Shown: positions 15,414 through 19,787 of the stretch, piece by piece | How the letters are laid out: each line of letters opens with the position of its first letter | Position numbering within the stretch: the stretch's first letter is position 1 | From: a virus | Strand: one strand, 5' to 3' | DNA: 19,787 bases | IMG/VR virus record: IMGVR_UViG_3300010413_000009 | Coordinates: 81,629 to 101,415 of that record | Program-made: the position numbers and the translations under genes | Notes under the pieces: model-generated | What the model saw: the letters and a program-made list of their open reading frames with translations, nothing else | Told to the model about the DNA's origin: nothing | The model's database searches: none

Positions 15414-18265
15414 GGTAGTACTGGTGGACTCCTTAGTTTTCCGATGTGGTAGTAATTGCCATCGATGATGCTCGCTGTAGGCGCATTCAGCGTCACCGGT
15501 GACTCGTAAGTCGCACCGCGGTCCTCAGCAAGGCCCGTGGTTGTATCGTAGAGTTTGTTGGTGGTCTTTTTGTATGCATCGTCGTCCTGGGATAGGCGCT
15601 GATAACCCGGGAACGGTAACGTGTATTGCCAGTCACCCGTAGATCGATTGCTTTCGACCGGATTCTCTGTCCATTCACGAACAGTATCACCGTTCTCGCG
15701 CGCCATCTGCTGCCAGCGTGCTTCCCAAAGCGTGAACGCCTGCGTCATGTAATCTTCTTCGACTCGGAGGTCGAACCATGCACTCCTGACTGTGTAGATA
15801 TTGCCAGGACGTCCGGTTTCGTACCACATGGTATTTAGATCGACACCCCATGCTGTCGTGCTCCATGTACGCAATGTGGCTTCGTATGTATGGCCCTCGC
15901 TGATCGACGTGCATGCCGCTCCTGTGTTGGCCTTCGCTACAACGCCACCCTGTGACGAGTAAAAGTGCCCTGCACATGAAATGACATCGTTGTTTGCCAA
16001 ATGCGAACCATAGTTCAGCAGATCACCATCGATGTACACATCACCACAAAGCGTGGCACCCACTTCGGTGAACAGGTTCACTTGTCGAATACTCGGCGAA
16101 TCCGGAAATGCGTGCATCACGGCGCATTTAACCCAGTGCTTCACGAAATCCGATCGAGTGATGATATCCCCGTAGCCCTTAGTATCCAGAACGATATCGC
16201 CCTCTTTGGGCTGCGTCGGACATACGGATGAATACCCGTCACTCTTACCTAAGCAGTCGGCCATGCGGGTCATCAAATAGACATTACGCGACCAGCCGAC
16301 GATCTCAGAATTCGCTGCCTTCATAACGATGCCGGTATGCGGAGATACTTCTCCCACATACCCCCAGCCGTAATAAGACTGCCCCTGCGTTCCGCACGGA
16401 CCCGAGCCGCCGGCGCCATCTGTATTGGCATCTGAACGGGCTTCGATGAACACACCGTACGGGCCGCCGCCAATACCGCCGCCGAGATTGAGGTTCTCTT
16501 CAGCCTTGATGCGGATATCACATTCACTGGTCGTGATGTCGATGCTGTTCCACGCGCGCAGGCAGATATCGCGACCTCCCCAGGTAATCATGTTTCGTCC
16601 GGGCGCGAGGAACACGTCGCCAGGACATTCCAGGAAGATACATCCGCCGGCCATGCGAATTTCGGAGCCCCAGCCGTCCCCTATACAAATGCCGCCCTCG
16701 TCAGTGATCGTGAAGTACGCCGTATTGCGGTATACATTGACAGCCGGCGCCCGATGATCGTATTCAACAGCATCGTAGCCTGCCACATCTAGATACCATT
16801 GGTATTCGCTTTCTAGGTCGTCCCAGATTGGCACATCCTGATTGCTCGTAACATGCTCGTATTCGCTTTCCTCGTGGAGCTTGTAATCCCATTGGTGATA
16901 GTAGAATGGGTGCTCACCTTCCCAATTGAATAGATGCGCGTGCAAATCCATGATCGTATTGGCGCGATACAGATGCAATTCATCATCTGTGACCCCGGCG
17001 TCAGGCGATGGCGTTGCTTGAATTTTATGATCCGAACCCAGCACGCCATAGTAACCAGATTGTTTGTAATTAGCAGCTGTGTCGCCATCCGCAGATGTGA
17101 CAATCTCGCAGCGCTTGGGTGTTGGGATCACAGGGCGCTTGGCGATGGTTACACCGAGCGCCGAACGCATGCCCAAATGCCCCGACATCATTATCTGCTG
17201 CTCATGCAAACCGATCGGCATGTAGTAGCAGTCGCTGTAACGCATCTCGTCTTGCATCGTGCCGCCGCCGCCCATCGTCAGGATCGGCGAGCAGACCAAT
17301 TTCTTCTCACCCTGCCCGAGATAGCCGCGGTAGAGCCGGAAGCGATGGAATGGCTGCAAGTCGTCGTGCGTGGGCTCGATGCCGGCATAGTGCGGTGCCG
17401 TGTTCTGTACATCATCGGCCGTCAAGACAGAGCTTGCATCGCGCGGGCCCGTGAGCATACCCTGGTGTTCCCACGGATAGGTCGCAACGCCGTGGTAGTA
17501 GACGGTCTCACCTTCATCATCGTAGACTTCGCGCTCACTTGGCCCGGCCCACTCCTGGAATTGCTGTCCAGCAATACGACAGAGCCCGTCCCAGTAGTAC
17601 GCCCAGATGCCTGTGTACTCGTCGGCGCGCAGGAAGGTCATATAGGAGTCGAGATGGAGCATCAAGCCGAGCTCGGACGTACGATTGAACTCACCGATCT
17701 CCAGGCTATCGAACGGAGTGCGCCCGGACCAGTCGGTGATGCCACCGCACATGTCGATGGTGCCGCTCTTTTGCGTGCCGCCCATATTGAGCGGCTCCTG
17801 CAGACCCGATTCGGCTTTCAGGCCGGTGTTCGAGCCCATACTAATGCCGTCGCCATAGGCCTTCGTCGGATTCCACATGTACATAGGCTCGGTACTAATG
17901 ATGAGCCCAGATGTGGTGAAGGGCAGGCGCATAAAGCGAACGTGCGTGCCGACGACGAGCGTATCGGCATCGTAGGCGCCAATGGGCGCAACAGGACCCG
18001 ACATGCCCTTGGCACAATCGACTGCGGGCCCGCCTCCGTCCGGCGCGACGCGGTAGCAGCGCGTCAGAGGAATAGCGTCAATTACAACGCCGTACTCGAA
18101 GAACCCATTAGCGGCTAGGTCTGTCTGTGAAGAAGAAAGCGCGCCGAGACTATCTGCTGCCGGACGCTGATCGCCGCTCAAATTGGGCGCTAAACGCGTA
18201 ACCCAATCGACGTTACGCGCCAACCGCGCGACGTTTTCCGCCGCGTGTAGCATGTAGTTCCACAT
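15410..18265 (-). CDS. Large 951-aa beta-rich virion protein, a candidate tailspike, central fibre or tail-associated enzyme. It may have a beta-helix region.
   Basis: ATG at 18263-18265 (MWNYM...). A Gly/Asp/Asn/Thr-rich segment with periodic hydrophobics and Cys (ICIGDGWGSEIRMAGGCIFLECPGDVFLAPGRNMITWGGRDICLRAWNSIDITTSECDIRIKAEENLNLGGGIGGG) resembles the coils of a right-handed beta-helix. The protein is unusually rich in Trp, Tyr and His. Confidence 0.45.
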   Translation of the reverse strand: MWNYMLHAAENVARLARNVDWVTRLAPNLSGDQRPAADSLGALSSSQTDLAANGFFEYGVVIDAIPLTRCYRVAPDGGGPAVDCAKGMSGPVAPIGAYDADTLVVGTHVRFMRLPFTTSGLIISTEPMYMWNPTKAYGDGISMGSNTGLKAESGLQEPLNMGGTQKSGTIDMCGGITDWSGRTPFDSLEIGEFNRTSELGLMLHLDSYMTFLRADEYTGIWAYYWDGLCRIAGQQFQEWAGPSEREVYDDEGETVYYHGVATYPWEHQGMLTGPRDASSVLTADDVQNTAPHYAGIEPTHDDLQPFHRFRLYRGYLGQGEKKLVCSPILTMGGGGTMQDEMRYSDCYYMPIGLHEQQIMMSGHLGMRSALGVTIAKRPVIPTPKRCEIVTSADGDTAANYKQSGYYGVLGSDHKIQATPSPDAGVTDDELHLYRANTIMDLHAHLFNWEGEHPFYYHQWDYKLHEESEYEHVTSNQDVPIWDDLESEYQWYLDVAGYDAVEYDHRAPAVNVYRNTAYFTITDEGGICIGDGWGSEIRMAGGCIFLECPGDVFLAPGRNMITWGGRDICLRAWNSIDITTSECDIRIKAEENLNLGGGIGGGPYGVFIEARSDANTDGAGGSGPCGTQGQSYYGWGYVGEVSPHTGIVMKAANSEIVGWSRNVYLMTRMADCLGKSDGYSSVCPTQPKEGDIVLDTKGYGDIITRSDFVKHWVKCAVMHAFPDSPSIRQVNLFTEVGATLCGDVYIDGDLLNYGSHLANNDVISCAGHFYSSQGGVVAKANTGAACTSISEGHTYEATLRTWSTTAWGVDLNTMWYETGRPGNIYTVRSAWFDLRVEEDYMTQAFTLWEARWQQMARENGDTVREWTENPVESNRSTGDWQYTLPFPGYQRLSQDDDAYKKTTNKLYDTTTGLAEDRGATYESPVTLNAPTASIIDGNYYHIGKLRSPPVLP

Positions 18266-18326
18266 ATTGCACCGGTTAGGGGCTCAAAAGGCCCTAGGGA
18301 CTACGTCCCTAATACCACGCTACCTA
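18266..18326 (-). promoter_or_regulatory. Intergenic element between the tube-like gene and the 951-aa gene. It holds a short hairpin (AGGGAC-GTA-GTCCCT), a CCCTAGGG palindrome, a U-run and the TAGGGACGT motif.
   Basis: The transcribed strand reads TAGgtaggtagcgtggtatTAGGGACGTAGTCCCTAGGGCCTTTTGAGCCCCTAACCGGTGCAATATG. It has a 6-bp stem with a 3-nt loop. TAGGGACGT begins 38 nt upstream of the ATG. Confidence 0.3.
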
Positions 18327-18788
18327 CTACGTAACCGCATAGGTCATGTAGAGGAAGACAAACCCGAGTTGCTCGTTGACAACCATGTCCTGCGCCGAGA
18401 CGGCGCCGCCGTAACTGTTGAGCACAACGGATGCCATCACCAGCGTAATCGTACTCGATGACACGCCGCCGGCACAGGCCGCGTCAGCAGTAACTGTCAG
18501 CGTATTCGTGTCAGCATAGCAGACGTTGCCGTACTTCTCGAAGAATGCCGCGGCAAGCGCTGATGGACCCATGACTCGAGACATGGAACCTTGCCCAGCC
18601 GTGCGACCTTGTACCAACACGACATCCGTTGAAGTGACGTCGTACAGTCGCGTGATGTTCTGCTGGTATTGCCACTGCAGGTTCTGCACTAGCAGACCCG
18701 TGTACTTCGAATCGAAAGTGATCGTGGCACCATCAGCGGAGAACGCACCACCGTACGTGATGGTATTTGAAAACATGTCGGTAGCCAT
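18327..18788 (-). CDS. Tail tube-like protein (153 aa).
   Basis: Its size is typical of contractile-tail tube proteins, and it lies immediately downstream of the sheath gene. It has the strongest ribosome-binding site in the window (caAGGAGGttgttagccaATG). The composition is beta-rich, with a Gly/Ala/Thr/Ser/Val bias. Confidence 0.5.
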   Translation of the reverse strand: MATDMFSNTITYGGAFSADGATITFDSKYTGLLVQNLQWQYQQNITRLYDVTSTDVVLVQGRTAGQGSMSRVMGPSALAAAFFEKYGNVCYADTNTLTVTADAACAGGVSSSTITLVMASVVLNSYGGAVSAQDMVVNEQLGFVFLYMTYAVT

Positions 18789-18867
18789 TGGCTAACAACC
18801 TCCTTGCATGTCCAGGGCTTGCCACGTCCCTAGTGGTTAAGTTTAGACCGACCGGGTCGGTTGGCAC
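18789..18867 (-). promoter_or_regulatory. Intergenic element upstream of the tube-like gene. It holds a GC hairpin (ACCGAC-CCG-GTCGGT), the TAGGGACGT motif and an AGGAGG Shine-Dalgarno.
   Basis: The transcribed strand reads TAGGTGCCAACCGACCCGGTCGGTCTAAACTTAACCACTAGGGACGTGGCAAGCCCTGGACATGCAAGGAGGTTGTTAGCCAATG. TAGGGACGT begins 36 nt upstream of the ATG, the same motif and nearly the same spacing as at 18266..18326. Confidence 0.3.
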
Positions 18868-19787
18868 CTAGGCAATGACTTTCTGATGAATCTCCAACGT
18901 GGACCCGCCCAATCCGTGTCCGTACGGCTGTGGCACGGTCAACTTGACGTTAAGCACAAGGCTTCCTTCGAGGTAGACGTGACGTCTTACAACCTCAACT
19001 GCTCCCGCCACCAGCTGGGGACCGATCGTCGAAGCGCGCCTCCCAGCAAGGCTATCCAGCTTCGCCCGCACTTTCTGTACCAGACGGCTGCGGAACCGTT
19101 GTGTGGCTGACGTTGTCATGATGGCGCGGCTGAGCTCGGTACGCAATACCTTGTTGATCGAGTCAAGGTTGGTGACCAGAGCTTCGTCGTATGCCGCTGG
19201 GTCGACATGGTCGGCGGTCGTTACACCGCGACGCGTCACCACGCGCCCGGATTTGTTGGTCAAGATCCAGACACCACATTCTGCCATCATGTCGAGCTGA
19301 TCCTCGCTGAAATGCGCGACATCTACGAAAGTAATGCCCGGCACTTCAACATCTGTCAGCGCACGATGCGGGGCGCATCCGGAACGTAGGCCAGCCAGCG
19401 CGGCACACAAATGCCACCCTGCTACGACCTCCGAGCCCGATAGCGCTTCTGCGGGCCATACGGCCCGTACTCGCTTATTATTCAGCGCTGCTGCACGATT
19501 TGCAACGACTCCGGCAGCATCATCTGCTTCTAGCCTGCGCCAAACTTCGATGTGCGTTGCCACACTGTTTGGTGTCAGGCCACCCTGTACCGTAAGCGCG
19601 TCCTCGCTCACGATGTCCTTCACGACGAATTCCTCATACTCGTCGTCGCCATAACGCAGGATGTCGCCAGGGCGCACACCCAAGCGCATGAAGCCTGCAT
19701 CACCGGCCGGTACTTCGACTACAGCGCCCTCCGCTGTGGACGTAATCACAGCCTGAAGTGGCTCAGGATCGCCGCCAGCGACGATTA
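18868..19787 (-). CDS. Contractile tail sheath protein, C-terminal part. The N-terminus lies beyond the right window edge.
   Basis: The track start at 19749 is a GTG (cac). The frame stays open to the window edge (…IVAGGDPEPLQAVITSTAEG…). The C-terminal region fits the phage-sheath family pattern: RAVWPAEALSGSEVVAGWHLCAALAGL compares with YYPW...cGhvAGviArtD, and AECGVWILTNKSGRVVTRRGVTTA compares with gINpiR.fpGrGpvVWGARTL. The segment YDEALVTNLDSINKVLRTEL compares with W.YinVRRL..yIe.Si. A tube-sized gene lies directly downstream. Confidence 0.6.
   Translation of the reverse strand, partial: IVAGGDPEPLQAVITSTAEGAVVEVPAGDAGFMRLGVRPGDILRYGDDEYEEFVVKDIVSEDALTVQGGLTPNSVATHIEVWRRLEADDAAGVVANRAAALNNKRVRAVWPAEALSGSEVVAGWHLCAALAGLRSGCAPHRALTDVEVPGITFVDVAHFSEDQLDMMAECGVWILTNKSGRVVTRRGVTTADHVDPAAYDEALVTNLDSINKVLRTELSRAIMTTSATQRFRSRLVQKVRAKLDSLAGRRASTIGPQLVAGAVEVVRRHVYLEGSLVLNVKLTVPQPYGHGLGGSTLEIHQKVIA

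Noticed and set aside
16934-18118. 394-aa ORF on the plus strand; the same applies to 1829..2422 (+) and the many 60-150-aa plus-strand ORFs.
   Set aside because: All lie entirely within longer minus-strand genes that form a tightly coupled operon. Their compositions are Arg/Ala/Cys-rich, typical of out-of-frame GC-rich translation.

Overview
The window looks like a single-direction phage or prophage contractile-tail late operon; every convincing gene is on the minus strand. GC content is moderately high by eye. Gene junctions are tightly packed, with many ATGA or TAATG stop/start overlaps typical of phage morphogenesis operons. Read in the direction of transcription (high to low coordinates), the genes are as follows. 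A tail-sheath gene runs off the right edge of the window. It is followed by a tail-tube-like gene with a strong ribosome-binding site, then a 951-aa beta-rich structural protein, a 401-aa Pro/Ala-rich protein and a small ORF. Next comes a 668-aa Met/Gly/Gln-rich protein that could be a tape-measure protein, two small proteins and a 558-aa structural protein. A sigma-70-family sigma factor sits in the middle of the tail genes, followed by a small baseplate-region protein, a gp25/GPW-like gene and a Baseplate-J-like gene. After a 178-bp AT-rich gap comes a distal accessory cassette, which is the most interesting part. It encodes a 339-aa protein, a membrane-anchored thioredoxin-fold protein with a WCGPC motif, and a 616-aa very cysteine-rich protein. 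The Cys-rich protein contains three internal Cys/Trp modules, each ending in a Ser-Leu repeat. It is followed by an unknown protein with a C-terminal Cys/His cluster, and a fused glycosyltransferase that runs off the left edge and has an N-terminal GT9 heptosyltransferase-like domain and a C-terminal GT2-like domain. I read this cassette as a candidate protein-maturation system for a receptor-binding fibre or adhesin, covering disulfide chemistry and possibly O-glycosylation of the Ser repeats, or alternatively a surface-glycan conversion module. No tRNA, rRNA, CRISPR array or transposase is visible. Two intergenic regions, upstream of the tube-like gene and of the 951-aa gene, share a TAGGGACGT motif with hairpin potential at almost the same distance from the start codon. 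The provided ORF track appears to translate GTG and TTG starts as M, so several starts were re-derived by hand; these are noted per gene.
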